Source of the DNA: Oligoflexia bacterium
Lineage (GTDB): Bacteria > Bdellovibrionota > UBA1018
Length of the DNA: 64,000 bases
Assembly (NCBI GenBank): GCA_046317855.1
Contig: JBKCVM010000034.1
Span: 1,985-65,984, forward strand
Direction of reading: 5' to 3'
Numbering within the stretch: position 1 is the first letter of the stretch; the number at the start of each line of letters is the position of its first letter. Made by a program: the position numbers and the translations under genes. Shown here one piece after another: positions 9,849 through 20,346 of this stretch. Below the pieces are notes generated by a model. That model worked only from the letters and a program-made list of their open reading frames with translations, had not been told where the DNA came from and made no database searches.

Positions 9849-10379
9849 TCAAAGAGACCAATTGATGAAGCCCCGTCGATCATGAAAATCTGGGCCTTTT
9901 TCTGGGTGTTGCAGGGCCCAATAGTTCATGGTGCCGTTCAGTGCTTGGGTCACGCTGGTTAAGTTGATTTGAAGTTTCTTGATCTCTGGGTCTAAGAAGA
10001 GACCGTTTTGTTTTGAGAACCGACCCCTGCAATGCCCCGGACCTGATTCAAACTCTTCGAGGCTCCAACCGTCAGATGGCTGTGGGGGCTGAGGAGTTCG
10101 GTAGTTTTCAAACTCGTACACGTTCCACAGTCCTGCAGGCGAGAGATTGAACTCGAGATAGCGTTCATTTTGAAGAGCGATGAAGGCCTCAAAGCAAGTG
10201 GACTTCCAGAGTTCATGGACTCGGGAGCCCGGGGTGCTCACTCTTTTTTCTGGAACTCCCTGCAGTGGCCATTCTGCATCCCATGAAAACTCAAGCCGTA
10301 CGCTCTGAAAGCGAACTACCGAAATATGGGCTCCCAACGATCCAGAAAATGGGTTTGGAAAAAAAGGCCTAAGTTTCAT
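9849..10379 (-). CDS. hypothetical protein (possible CBM9/DOMON-like fold, very tentative)
   Basis: 176 aa with no signal peptide and no SD. The Trp/Phe-rich pattern with HPEKGPDFHDRRGF loosely recalls CBM9-like domains. Divergent from the large G8 protein gene. Confidence 0.35.
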   Translation of the reverse strand: MKLRPFFPNPFSGSLGAHISVVRFQSVRLEFSWDAEWPLQGVPEKRVSTPGSRVHELWKSTCFEAFIALQNERYLEFNLSPAGLWNVYEFENYRTPQPPQPSDGWSLEEFESGPGHCRGRFSKQNGLFLDPEIKKLQINLTSVTQALNGTMNYWALQHPEKGPDFHDRRGFINWSL

Positions 10380-10520
10380 GATTTAAGCATGTGCCGAGTG
10401 AAAGCCAACAGCAAGCACACAGGTCGCGGCTGACACAGGGAAAGTGAGTTTAAGCGCAGGAGTCTAGGCGTCTCTGGGGATTGCCGATAGACTGAGAGAC
10501 ATGCTTGGGGTTGGCGCACG

Positions 10521-13500
10521 ATGAAATCGTTCTGTGATGCACTGAGGGTGATCGGTGTTGGGGCAAGTATTTCTTTTGCTCTTTGCGGCTCTGGCTGTGG
10601 GCAGAACTTTGTCCCTGTGATTAAAAGTGGCTCGGGCGGCGAATCGAGTAGCGATCCCACGAGTGGATCCGGATCAGGCGGGGGCAGCACTCCGACTTCG
10701 TTAAAAGCATTTGATGATCAGCTAACAGTCAATGCCGGTCAGACGATCGATATCGATGTTCTGGGTAATGATCAGCGCCCTGCCAATGCAGCGATTGGAC
10801 TGGACTGGCTCACCTCTACTGCAACGGGACAAGCCCAGATCGTGGGCGGTTTGATCCGCTTTACCGCTCCCAGCCAGTCGAGCGTTCGGTGTGGCCTGGG
10901 AGTGGCCGCTTCATCGCAATTTAGATACCAGTCTCAAAATCCTCTGACTCAGGAAACTTCTTTGGCTTCTGTGACGGTGCTGATTCGTTCGACCCAAGAT
11001 TGTACCAGCGGTCCGCCTGCTCCTCCCATCCCGCCCTCTTTTGTGACGCGACCTGCTTATACTCCGGGCACAACTGGACTTTCCTGGTGCAACCCTTTGG
11101 CCTGGCCCCAGTACTCCAACCAGGTTCCTGCTGCCGGAGCAAACGTGATGATCAACCCTGGGCAGACGATCCGGCTGGATTGTAACACTGCAGAACTCGG
11201 AACCCTCCATATTCACGGAGTGCTTGAAGTTCCTCAGACCGCAGATGTAATTTTGAGTGCAGCCTCCATTCATATCATGGGCTCAGGTGCACGGCTGCAG
11301 ATTGGAAGCCACTCTGCTCCTTATCCTCGCACTCGAAAAGCAGTCATTGAACTGACCGGTGCGCGACCTGCTCACACTCTCAGGGCAGTAGATGGAGCAC
11401 TCGATAATGACGGGGATTCAAGAGCCATTCACGTCATGGAGCAGGGTCAGCTCGTTTTGGTAGGGGAGACACCTCCCGTTTTGGCGACCCGACTTGCGGA
11501 GAGTGCGCCTGCGGGAGCAACGCAGATCCGAGTGCGCGGTAATGTGACGCAAAATCCAGGGGGTTGGAGAGTAGGTGATCGCATTGCGATTGCTCACAAT
11601 GACTTCTGGAGAGTGGGAACTCACGAGATTTTACGGATCGTGAATCCAGCGCCCTATTTTGACGGAGCCTCAACCACGATCAATTTTGTGAGCGAACGGG
11701 CAAATTTACCGTCAGGCAGCGGTCTGATGGCTGCTCGATTTGGAAGGCTCCAATATCCTCTCGATACTCCAATCACCGTGGACGGGGCATTGAGCGGGGT
11801 AGGGTACACTCCAGGAGTTTTTACACCTCCCAGCAGTCGTGTACCCAGTGTGCTGGATGAATCTCCTCATGTCATGCTGCTCAGCCGTGCGATCGTGATT
11901 CAAGCCAAAGATGATGCACTTTGGCGCGAACATCGTTGGGGTTTTCATACAATGGCCATGCATGCGGAACCTGGAGTGCAATTGGATCCGTACGCTGTGC
12001 CGACCTATATCTTAGACGGAGTGGAGTTTCATAGGGGGGGCCAGGCTGGTACGATGGCGCGCTACCCGATTCATACCCACGTGTTGAGTTATCATCCTCA
12101 AGGTGGCACTTCGCCGTTCTACGATCGCATCAACCCTGCCGGCACGCCTACGCATATTGCTATTCAGAATAACTCGGTCTGGGAGAGTGCCAACCGCGCT
12201 ATTACGATTCATGGCACCTCTAACGTTCCTGTTAAGAACAACATGGTCGCTGATATTCTGGGGCACGCCATCTTTCTTGAGGACGGCTCCGAGACTCGAA
12301 ATCAGATCATTGGAAACGTGGTGATGGGTGTGAATCCCTGTGACCGACGAAGAGGTTTTTGGAGAGATGAAACCTATTCACACACGCAAAATCCTCCTCA
12401 AGCTCGCTGGACGCTCCCCGAGAAATCGAGCGTGGAGTGCCACATCAAGCAGCATGATCACTGGGGTGAAAATGGTTCGTCGGCTTTTTGGATCACTCAT
12501 CCGGAGAACTGGGTCGAAAATAACGTTGCTTCAGGTGCCCGAGTCGGAATTTGGAATTCGTTTGCCAATCAAGTGTGGGGGCTTTCAGCCCAGTTGAATA
12601 CGCGCGGGCCCGGGGGCGCGGTGATCAATCCTTCGCTAAGTCCAATGCTCTCGCAAAGAAACAACATCTCCTACGGCAACCTCACGTTTGGCTTGAGGAC
12701 AGACGGATCGGTGATCAGCGAGGCAGGTGCGCTCGGGCTCGTCCAGTATGCTCCGGTCGAAAAGCCGCTGCTGCTGAACTACGCGCTGTTCAAGAATGAT
12801 GTCGCTTACAGTAACCGTGTGAAAGAGCCCGTTTATCAAGGTTGGACAGTTGCAGATAATCGGTGGGGATTTGCAGGTGCCACAGGGTTTGGAGCCGAGT
12901 TGAAAGATCTTTTGATTGTCGGGCGGTCCTTGCATCGCCAATATCCGATGGGCCTATTTAGTCCAGAGACGAATGATCTGGCTCGAGTCGGAATGTCGAC
13001 TTACCACCACATGTTAGAAGCATTCAGGGTTGTGGCCATTAACTTTGAGCGAAGCCCTGTTGTAATGGGGCAGGGGATCGCATCCAACTCAACCTATGCG
13101 GGTGGCTTTTTTGGTGGGATTGATCTCTATCTTTGGCCCAGTAATCGAGTTTCTTTTCATAATACGCAGTTCAAGTTTATTAACTCTTTTCCTGGATTTC
13201 TGACGTTACCAGGTTGGTTCGATACGTTTGCTTCGGTTCCTAATCCGGGACAGAGCTCCAATGGTCGGTACTTTGGGCTGGGTTCGACCCAAGATGTTTA
13301 CGGATATTTTTATCCAGAAAAACCTGGTCTTTGGCTGATGCCCGACGCTCCTTATTTTACTTACGGGCTCACTGAGTGTCCGTCTGATGTGGCGATTCAG
13401 CCTTCAGACTCGACTTGTGACTACAAACGGATTCAGGCTTTTCCTGGAGAGCGCTATCGAATTGCAACGCATCGGACTCCAGCTGGAATTGCGTTTGGCC

Positions 13501-14180
13501 TGGCAGATGGCCAAGAGGCATTTCCCAATTTTCGAAATCTTTACCGAAGATTGGCGACTTCAACGGTGAACGGCGTGCCGGGAGTGCCGCTGGGCGCAAG
13601 TACTTATATTCCCGCAATGCCTCACCCGGTAGATGGTCGAAATCTTTCGCAACAGGACTTTCCTTTGAACACTCTCAGTCTTCAAGGGACTGATTTCACA
13701 GAAGTCATGGAAGGTGCTGCGGTCCGTTGGACGATGTACAATTCGAGCGGTGCTGAAGTGAGACCAGTGAGCTCTTTGAGAGTCAATCTTGAGGCGGCTG
13801 AGGCACTCCCTCCGGGGCGGCATGTGATTCTGGCGCTTCCTTGGGGTGGTGCAGCCCGTCCCGCGACCATTCGAATCGCACAAACGGGTTACTTATGGCA
13901 GGGCTGGGACGGCAACACTGCAGGGATGCCTGTAGGGTCTTGGCGGAGCCTGGACCAAAATGCGTCTTCGTTATTTGATTTTGTGGCTAACAACCCCGAG
14001 GGGCGAAAAGTTTTCTTTGATCCGCAAAATGGACTGATCTGGGTAAAGGTCATGGGCGGTCTTGCTCGGGGCTCTGCGTTGCAGAGCTGTTTGCAGCAGG
14101 CGGGGCCCGTCCCTAATCAGGCAGGGATGAGTGAGCATTGCCTCCGTCCGGCGCTTGCACTCTCGATTTCTGCGATCTAA
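10521..14180 (+). CDS. large secreted lipoprotein with a cadherin-like domain, a G8 domain and right-handed parallel beta-helix repeats (CEMIP/TMEM2-like architecture)
   Basis: 1219 aa. Signal peptide plus lipobox (SISFALCGSGC). G/S-rich linker. Cadherin/VCBS-like segment (LTVNAGQTIDIDVLGNDQRP...IVGGLIRFTAP). G8-like segment (WCNPLAWP...PAAGANVMINPGQTIRLDCNTAELGTLHIHGVLEV). PbH1-like repeats follow (NNSVWESANRAITIHGTSNVPVKNNMVADILGHAIFLEDGSETRNQIIGNVVMG). Confidence 0.65.
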   Translation: MKSFCDALRVIGVGASISFALCGSGCGQNFVPVIKSGSGGESSSDPTSGSGSGGGSTPTSLKAFDDQLTVNAGQTIDIDVLGNDQRPANAAIGLDWLTSTATGQAQIVGGLIRFTAPSQSSVRCGLGVAASSQFRYQSQNPLTQETSLASVTVLIRSTQDCTSGPPAPPIPPSFVTRPAYTPGTTGLSWCNPLAWPQYSNQVPAAGANVMINPGQTIRLDCNTAELGTLHIHGVLEVPQTADVILSAASIHIMGSGARLQIGSHSAPYPRTRKAVIELTGARPAHTLRAVDGALDNDGDSRAIHVMEQGQLVLVGETPPVLATRLAESAPAGATQIRVRGNVTQNPGGWRVGDRIAIAHNDFWRVGTHEILRIVNPAPYFDGASTTINFVSERANLPSGSGLMAARFGRLQYPLDTPITVDGALSGVGYTPGVFTPPSSRVPSVLDESPHVMLLSRAIVIQAKDDALWREHRWGFHTMAMHAEPGVQLDPYAVPTYILDGVEFHRGGQAGTMARYPIHTHVLSYHPQGGTSPFYDRINPAGTPTHIAIQNNSVWESANRAITIHGTSNVPVKNNMVADILGHAIFLEDGSETRNQIIGNVVMGVNPCDRRRGFWRDETYSHTQNPPQARWTLPEKSSVECHIKQHDHWGENGSSAFWITHPENWVENNVASGARVGIWNSFANQVWGLSAQLNTRGPGGAVINPSLSPMLSQRNNISYGNLTFGLRTDGSVISEAGALGLVQYAPVEKPLLLNYALFKNDVAYSNRVKEPVYQGWTVADNRWGFAGATGFGAELKDLLIVGRSLHRQYPMGLFSPETNDLARVGMSTYHHMLEAFRVVAINFERSPVVMGQGIASNSTYAGGFFGGIDLYLWPSNRVSFHNTQFKFINSFPGFLTLPGWFDTFASVPNPGQSSNGRYFGLGSTQDVYGYFYPEKPGLWLMPDAPYFTYGLTECPSDVAIQPSDSTCDYKRIQAFPGERYRIATHRTPAGIAFGLADGQEAFPNFRNLYRRLATSTVNGVPGVPLGASTYIPAMPHPVDGRNLSQQDFPLNTLSLQGTDFTEVMEGAAVRWTMYNSSGAEVRPVSSLRVNLEAAEALPPGRHVILALPWGGAARPATIRIAQTGYLWQGWDGNTAGMPVGSWRSLDQNASSLFDFVANNPEGRKVFFDPQNGLIWVKVMGGLARGSALQSCLQQAGPVPNQAGMSEHCLRPALALSISAI

Positions 14181-14297
14181 CCCCTCAGGCCTCCTGCGGC
14201 AAATTCTTCCCATTGGTGTCGCTCTAGCCAGGCTTTAAGCTTGCAGAATGGGTCTAGCGTTGCTGACTCGGGCCGCTGCTGTGCCGTTAGGAGCTTC

Positions 14298-15899
14298 ATG
14301 AATCCGTTAATCACTGCACTAATGAATAAACTGAAACGATGCATGGTTATTGCTGTTTTCGCTGCATTCTTAGCCTCCGTGCCGGGTCGCGCTGAAGTGC
14401 TCGGGACTTTTGGTGAGGGATGGGTCGAAATCAATGGCGACCTAAAAACACTTCATTTGAAAGGCTCTGAAAAAGAGATGGGCCGTCAGTACGGTTTTTT
14501 AGTGGGAGATGAAATTTTAGACACTCTCAACGCCTTGAGAGAGTCCGCCATCAAAGAAGAGCCAAAGACGAGATATCTCCCTTCTTGGGCATTTCGGGGT
14601 CTTCGTCGAGTGATTGGCTGGGTATGGTGGTTCACTTTTCCAAAAAACATCAAAGAACACATCGATGGCATCATTGAGGGGGCAAGACTTCGTCCGGACC
14701 GAGTGAAGCTCACTCGCGGTGACCTAGCGTTTTTCAATAGCATTATTGAGCTTGCTGCTCTTTTCAATGCAAGTGCTGACTCCATTGAATCGCAGGTGCC
14801 GCCGGCTCAGCGACTTCTTCAAGTTTTGGGACTCGGTAGTATCCGAGTTAACTGTGACAGCTTTGCAGCTTGGGGCTCTCGCACTGTGGACGGCAAGACT
14901 TTTCAAACGCGCAATGTCGACATTCCTACTGGGCTTGGACTCGAAAAACATCCACTCGTCATTATCTATAAGCCCACCGGAAAGATTCCATTTGCGACAG
15001 CAGCAGTCTCCGGAGTGGTAGGAATGTTCACAGGTCTCAATGCTCACGGTGTGGGTATGGGGCAGATTTGGGCTTTCTCAACAAAAATTGGGGTAACGCA
15101 GCCTTGGCATTTGCAGATGCGCGAAGTCATGATGCACTCCCGAACGGCATCTGAAGCTCGCGACCGGATGCTCAAATACAAGAAGCTCGCTTACGGTTCT
15201 AATTTCGTATTGGCAGGAGCAGGTCCAAACGACGGCTACGTGATCGAGGGTAACTCGGAGCGCATGGAATGGTTTTCATCGAATGATCCGCGTGAGTCCG
15301 AGCTCAAGTACAATGGCCAATCAGTGAATATTCCACTTTCTGAGGTCGTGTTTCGTGGCGATGTCTCTTTTGCGCCATCCATTCGCAGACACCAGACGGC
15401 TGCCAATGGTCCCGGAGGCGATCCACGCCAAGCAGTCTCCTATAAAAAGCGCTATCAAGGCCAAAGCGATTTGATTCTTGAGTATGAGGCTCAAGGCATC
15501 AAGATCGGAAAAGAGCAAGCGGAGCGGATTTCACGCGACACGGCAATGCGAAGTGGATCTTTTCAAGTGGCCGTTTATGGCAACACAGATCTGGAGATGT
15601 GGGTGGCCTACTCTCGGATCAATGACGACGGAACGGTGACGCAAGCCTACGAGCGGGAGTATCAGCATGTCCCCTTTTTCCGATACTTACTCGATCGGCA
15701 GCCAGAGACTGCCCTTTTTGAAATTCGCACTTATCGAGAGGGTCGATTGATCGAAGCAGGTCAAATTGCCCGTGGCCCCGTTGCGCTCCAAGCCGCGATC
15801 CAAACTGCGCGGGACCGCGCCAGTAGCGGTGATTGGGTTGAAGTTCTGGATGCGGAAGGGCGAAGGCTTGAGCTCTTTGCGGTTGCTCATTCTAGGTGA
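14298..15899 (+). CDS. secreted Ntn-hydrolase of the peptidase C45 (acyl-CoA:6-aminopenicillanic-acid acyltransferase-like) family
   Basis: ATG at 14298 with AGGAG SD, then a signal peptide. N-terminal GSEKEMGRQYGFLVGDEI and the putative autoproteolytic/nucleophile site RVNCDSFAAWGSRTVDGKTFQTRNVD (Gly/Asn-Cys) fit the C45 family pattern. Confidence 0.6.
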   Translation: MNPLITALMNKLKRCMVIAVFAAFLASVPGRAEVLGTFGEGWVEINGDLKTLHLKGSEKEMGRQYGFLVGDEILDTLNALRESAIKEEPKTRYLPSWAFRGLRRVIGWVWWFTFPKNIKEHIDGIIEGARLRPDRVKLTRGDLAFFNSIIELAALFNASADSIESQVPPAQRLLQVLGLGSIRVNCDSFAAWGSRTVDGKTFQTRNVDIPTGLGLEKHPLVIIYKPTGKIPFATAAVSGVVGMFTGLNAHGVGMGQIWAFSTKIGVTQPWHLQMREVMMHSRTASEARDRMLKYKKLAYGSNFVLAGAGPNDGYVIEGNSERMEWFSSNDPRESELKYNGQSVNIPLSEVVFRGDVSFAPSIRRHQTAANGPGGDPRQAVSYKKRYQGQSDLILEYEAQGIKIGKEQAERISRDTAMRSGSFQVAVYGNTDLEMWVAYSRINDDGTVTQAYEREYQHVPFFRYLLDRQPETALFEIRTYREGRLIEAGQIARGPVALQAAIQTARDRASSGDWVEVLDAEGRRLELFAVAHSR

Positions 15900-16052
15900 G
15901 GACCACTTTCTAGAGTCCTGGTTTCTTTTTTCGAACTGATCCGATCAAGTTTGCCAGCTCTGTTTGATTGGGGTCGCGGTGAGTTTTTACTGCGTCGAGT
16001 TCGGGCTTTTTGATTGCCCGCCGTGCATTTTGCGCTAAAACTCCAACCATCT

Positions 16053-17255
16053 ATGAACATTCATGAATATCAGGCCAAATCCATCCTCAAAAAGTACGGA
16101 GTGCGCGTCCCCGAGGGGCGCCTGGTCACTGAAGGTGGAGAACAGGTTGGAGATGTTGCGGTCGCTGCAGAAAAGGCGGCTCAAAGTCTAGCTCAGGAGC
16201 GCGGCAATTCAGTTTGGGTGGTGAAGGCACAAATTCACGCCGGCGGGCGCGGCAAGGCGGGAGGTGTCAAAGTCTGTAAGTCCATCGCTGACGTGAAAGC
16301 TGCGGCCAAAGAAATCATGGGCAAAGTGCTCGTGACCCCGCAGACCGGTGCCGCAGGCAAGAAGGTCCATAAACTCTGGATCGAAGAAGGCTCTCAGATT
16401 GCCAAGGAGTTCTATCTGGGAGTCGTGCTCGATCGCTCTACTTCTCAGGTCATTTTGATGGCTTCAACCGAAGGCGGAATGGAGATCGAAGAGGTCGCAC
16501 ACACTCATCCTGAAAAAATCATCAAAGTCGCGGTCGATCCCACGACGGGATACCAGCCCTTTCATGGTCGCCGGATCGCCAAGGCACTCGGCCTGACGCC
16601 CGAGCAGACCAAGGAGGCCGTCGGCTTTTTTGGCGGAATCTACAAGGCATTCATGGCCGAGGACTGCTCACAGGTTGAGATCAATCCCTTGATCCTGACT
16701 GCTCAAGGCCACTTGGCCGCACTCGATGCAAAAATCAACTTTGACGACAATGCGCTCTACCGTCACCCCGAGACAGTCGCCATGCGCGACCTGCTCGAAG
16801 AAAATCCGCAGGACGTCGAGGCCTCAAAGTACGAGTTGGCCTACATTGCGCTCGATGGCAACATCGGCTGTCTCGTCAACGGTGCAGGCCTTGCCATGGC
16901 CACGATGGACATCATTAAGCTTCACGGCGGCGAGCCTGCAAACTTTTTGGATGTGGGCGGTGGCGCCTCGAAAGAAAAAGTGGCCCACGCTTTCAAAATC
17001 ATCCTGAAAGATCCCAAAGTGAAGGCAATTCTGGTCAATATTTTTGGTGGCATAATGAAGTGCGACATCATTGCCGAAGGGGTCATTGCTGCTGCACGCG
17101 AGCTTAACCTCAAGGTTCCGCTGGTCGTGCGCCTTGAAGGCACCAATGTTGAGGCAGGAAAAAAACTCCTTTCGGAGAGCGGCCTCAAGATCACCCCGGC
17201 CGATGGACTGACTGACGCAGCCACTAAAGTCGTTGCTGCAGCAAAGGAAGTGTAA
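16053..17255 (+). CDS. sucC: succinyl-CoA synthetase beta subunit
   Basis: N-terminus [17 protein letters not shown] matches the classic SucC start; the track ORF begins at an upstream alternative codon. Confidence 0.9.
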   Translation: MNIHEYQAKSILKKYGVRVPEGRLVTEGGEQVGDVAVAAEKAAQSLAQERGNSVWVVKAQIHAGGRGKAGGVKVCKSIADVKAAAKEIMGKVLVTPQTGAAGKKVHKLWIEEGSQIAKEFYLGVVLDRSTSQVILMASTEGGMEIEEVAHTHPEKIIKVAVDPTTGYQPFHGRRIAKALGLTPEQTKEAVGFFGGIYKAFMAEDCSQVEINPLILTAQGHLAALDAKINFDDNALYRHPETVAMRDLLEENPQDVEASKYELAYIALDGNIGCLVNGAGLAMATMDIIKLHGGEPANFLDVGGGASKEKVAHAFKIILKDPKVKAILVNIFGGIMKCDIIAEGVIAAARELNLKVPLVVRLEGTNVEAGKKLLSESGLKITPADGLTDAATKVVAAAKEV

Positions 17256-17257
17256 TC

Positions 17258-18127
17258 ATGTCGATTTGGGTCAACAAGCAAACGAAGCTTCTCGTCCAGG
17301 GAATTACAGGCTCCCAGGGGGCCTTTCATGCCAAGGGCTGCCGGGATTACGGCACGCAGGTGGTGGGTGGGGTCACGCCGGGTCGTGGTGGCCAGGTCCA
17401 CGAGGGGTTTCCGGTTTTCGACACGGTCGAAGAAGCGGTTGCTAAAACCGGCGCCAACGCGACGATGATTTTTGTGCCGCCAGCAGGTGCCGCAGATGCA
17501 ATCTGTGAAGCAGCTGATGCAGGGATTCCGCTCATCGTCTGCATCACTGAGGGTATTCCGGTGCGCGACATGATCGCCACCAAGCGCTACCTCAAGAGCA
17601 CTCAGTCCCGGCTGATCGGTCCCAACTGCCCGGGCATTATTACTCCGGGCGAATGCAAGATCGGCATCATGCCGGGCCACATCCATCTGCCGGGCAAGAT
17701 CGGAGTCGTCTCCCGCTCCGGAACCCTGACCTATGAAGCAGTCCACCAGCTTACGAAACTGGGCATTGGTCAGAGCACCTGCGTGGGTATTGGGGGCGAC
17801 CCCGTCAACGGAACCCATTTCATTGACGTGTTGGAGGCTTATAACAGGGATCCGAATACGCATGGAGTGATCATGATCGGTGAGATCGGCGGAAGCGCCG
17901 AAGAAGAGGCTGCCGAGTACATCAAGCGTGAGTTCAAGAAGCCGGTCGCAGGCTTCATCGGAGGCGCTACAGCGCCTGCCGGTAAGCGCATGGGGCATGC
18001 CGGAGCAATCATTTCGGGCGGAAAGGGGACGGCAGAAGAGAAGTTTCAGGCCCTCGAGGCAGCAGGCGTGCATATTGCCCGAAGCCCGGCAGATCTTGGC
18101 ACCACTCTCAAGGCCGCGCTCAGATAG
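17258..18127 (+). CDS. sucD: succinyl-CoA synthetase alpha subunit
   Basis: [21 protein letters not shown]... with CoA-binding and His-phosphorylation region ([14 protein letters not shown]). Confidence 0.9.
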   Translation: MSIWVNKQTKLLVQGITGSQGAFHAKGCRDYGTQVVGGVTPGRGGQVHEGFPVFDTVEEAVAKTGANATMIFVPPAGAADAICEAADAGIPLIVCITEGIPVRDMIATKRYLKSTQSRLIGPNCPGIITPGECKIGIMPGHIHLPGKIGVVSRSGTLTYEAVHQLTKLGIGQSTCVGIGGDPVNGTHFIDVLEAYNRDPNTHGVIMIGEIGGSAEEEAAEYIKREFKKPVAGFIGGATAPAGKRMGHAGAIISGGKGTAEEKFQALEAAGVHIARSPADLGTTLKAALR

Positions 18128-18199
18128 AAAATGGATTCGGGGTGGCAGGCCCCAAAAAACCGGGGTAAGGAAACTCCAAACCTTCGTCAGGAGATCACA

Positions 18200-18628
18200 A
18201 TGGCTGTCGAAAAAACGTTTTCAATCATCAAGCCCAACGCTGTGACCAAGAACGTCATGGGCGAGATCATGACCCGCTTCGAAAAGAAGGGCCTGCGCAT
18301 CGCGGCGGCCAAGTTCACTCGCCTGTCGCGCGAAAAGGCCGAAGGCTTTTACATCGAGCACAAGGATCGGCCCTTCTTTCAGAGCCTCGTGCACTTCATG
18401 ACCTCGGGCCCCGTGATGCTCATGGTACTCGAAGGTGAAAATGCCGTTGCGCTCAATCGTGAAATCATGGGTGCCACCGATCCGGCCAAGGCTGCTCACG
18501 GCACCTTAAGGAAGGATTTTGCTGACAGCATCGAAGCCAACGCGGTCCACGGATCCGACAGCCCGGCTTCTGCGGAGCGCGAGATTGCATACTTTTTTGA
18601 TCGTGCAGAAGTGCAAAAGCGCTTCTGA
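18200..18628 (+). CDS. ndk: nucleoside diphosphate kinase
   Basis: ATG at 18200 with [22 protein letters not shown]...NAVHGSDS active-site His motif. Confidence 0.9.
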   Translation: MAVEKTFSIIKPNAVTKNVMGEIMTRFEKKGLRIAAAKFTRLSREKAEGFYIEHKDRPFFQSLVHFMTSGPVMLMVLEGENAVALNREIMGATDPAKAAHGTLRKDFADSIEANAVHGSDSPASAEREIAYFFDRAEVQKRF

Positions 18629-18640
18629 GTCTGCCGCTGC

Positions 18641-20335
18641 TTGAAAGTCGCCATTGCACAAACGAGCCCGGTCGTCGGGGATTTTGCAGGCAACTTGCAG
18701 CAGATCGAGAAGGCTTATCTTAAAGCCATTGAAAGTGGGGCGGACCTGCTCCTGACTCCAGAGCTTGGAGTCTGCGGGTATCCGCCCCATGATCTTTTGG
18801 AGCGTCCGGAGTTTATGGAGCGCTCCGCTCAGGCCATGGTGCGACTTCTGGCCCTGTCCCGTGGCAGATCTTGCGCGTTGGTGGCAGGTCTTGTGGTTCG
18901 GAGTCTCGAGCCCCGCGGGCGCGAGGTCCAAAATGCAGCCTGTGTTTTTTGGGACGGAAAAGAAGTTTTCCGACAAGTGAAGGCGCTGCTTCCTACTTAC
19001 GATGTTTACGATGAAGCTCGTTATTTCGAGCCCGCGTCGGTCGATCCGACCGCCCCCGCAAAAGATAACGAACTCTGGATTCATCCTTCAACCGGCGTCA
19101 AAGTGGGGATCGCCATCTGTGAGGATCTTTGGGCAGAGGATTCGGGGCGATTTAATCGACAAAAGCCCCTTTACCCCTTCGATCCGGTGGAACGCTTGGT
19201 AAAGCTTAAGCCCGATCTGCTGCTTTCGCTCTCGGCAAGCCCCTACGAGTTTAACAAGCGTGAGCGCCGTGAAAGAGTACATGCCGAGGTAGCTCGTCGT
19301 GTGGGAGCTCCTCTGGTTTATGCAAATCAGGTCGGAGCTAATGACGAGCTTCTTTTTGATGGGGCCTCGTTTGTTCTGGATGCAGAAGGTCAACCTCGCG
19401 ATCGGCTTAATGTTTTTGCTGAGGATTTTGGGGTTTTTGACCTGAAAGAAACTACCGTTGGTGGACGTGCCGGACCAGTACCTACTGAAATGGATGCCTT
19501 ACGAATGGGTTTGGTTCGCGGTATTCGCGATTACTTTCTACGTACTGGATTTTCAAAAGCCATCCTAGGCTTGAGCGGCGGAATTGACTCGGCAGTTGTG
19601 GCTGCTCTCGCAGTCGAAGCGCTGGGACCCTCAAAAGTACTCGGAGTGGCGATGCCCAGTCAGTTTTCTTCTTCCGGAAGCCTAGCCGATGCCGAGGCGC
19701 TAGCGCAGAAGCTTGGGATCCCGTTTGTGGTGCGGCCCATTAAATTTCTGTTTTCTACGGCGCTACGCGAGATCTCAGGAGGGGCGTTTGCTCTCGAGGG
19801 AGTGCCCTCTGAGAATCTGCAGTCCCGTCTGCGCGGCGGTATTTTGATGACGCTTTCCAATGCGCTCGGGGCGCTAGTGCTTACCACTGGAAATAAATCG
19901 GAAATCGCAATGGGTTACGCAACGCTCTACGGAGATATGTGTGGGGCGCTTGCACCTATTGGGGATCTGTTTAAAACCCGGGTTTATGAGCTTGCGCGGC
20001 ATATCAATTCACGGAGCTCTGTGATTCCGGAGTCGAGCTTGACAAAGGCGCCCTCGGCCGAGCTCAGGCCTCATCAAACAGATCAAGACACGTTGCCTCC
20101 CTATGATCTCTTGGATCAGCTTTTGGAAGGCTACCTTGAGCAGGGTCGCCCCGTGGAAGAGCTCGAAGCTCAGTTGGGTGGGCGTCACCTGAAAGGCTGG
20201 GTTTGCTCTACGCTAGATGCCGTAGAGAAGCAGGAGTTCAAGCGGCGCCAGGCGGCACCTGTTTTGAAGGTAAGCCCTAAAGCATTTGGAATGGGACGGC
20301 GCATGCCCGTTGCAAAGCGGTGGCAACTCAAGTGA
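18641..20335 (+). CDS. nadE: glutamine-dependent NAD+ synthetase (nitrilase domain plus NAD synthetase domain)
   Basis: 564 aa. N-terminal CN-hydrolase domain (KVAIAQTSPVVGDFAGN...LLLTPELGVCGYPP) and C-terminal PP-loop SGGIDSAVV. TTG start. Confidence 0.85.
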   Translation: MKVAIAQTSPVVGDFAGNLQQIEKAYLKAIESGADLLLTPELGVCGYPPHDLLERPEFMERSAQAMVRLLALSRGRSCALVAGLVVRSLEPRGREVQNAACVFWDGKEVFRQVKALLPTYDVYDEARYFEPASVDPTAPAKDNELWIHPSTGVKVGIAICEDLWAEDSGRFNRQKPLYPFDPVERLVKLKPDLLLSLSASPYEFNKRERRERVHAEVARRVGAPLVYANQVGANDELLFDGASFVLDAEGQPRDRLNVFAEDFGVFDLKETTVGGRAGPVPTEMDALRMGLVRGIRDYFLRTGFSKAILGLSGGIDSAVVAALAVEALGPSKVLGVAMPSQFSSSGSLADAEALAQKLGIPFVVRPIKFLFSTALREISGGAFALEGVPSENLQSRLRGGILMTLSNALGALVLTTGNKSEIAMGYATLYGDMCGALAPIGDLFKTRVYELARHINSRSSVIPESSLTKAPSAELRPHQTDQDTLPPYDLLDQLLEGYLEQGRPVEELEAQLGGRHLKGWVCSTLDAVEKQEFKRRQAAPVLKVSPKAFGMGRRMPVAKRWQLK

Positions 20336-20346
20336 GAATCAAAAAG

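Noticed and set aside
13255-13265. tRNA-like GGTTCGA motifs (also at about 53214)
   Set aside because: Both are embedded in well-supported protein-coding sequence with no acceptor-stem or anticodon-arm context. No tRNA, rRNA or tmRNA was recognised anywhere in the window.
16922-18073. 383-aa ORF antisense to sucC-sucD. Similar long antisense ORFs include 8709..9410, 7997..8560, 20185..20904, 20943..21521, 23513..24154, 25274..25984, 26331..26891, 45928..46521, 48448..48954, 61354..61977 and 61993..62592.
   Set aside because: Each lies entirely inside a well-supported conserved gene on the opposite strand. They have no SD or domain signatures, and their composition mirrors the sense strand. 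They are typical stop-codon-poor antisense frames of GC-rich DNA.
20320-20346. Track start of the Lys-rich protein at 20320, overlapping nadE in another frame
   Set aside because: The ATG at 20347 lies just after the nadE stop and gives a non-overlapping gene; the upstream extension is unnecessary.
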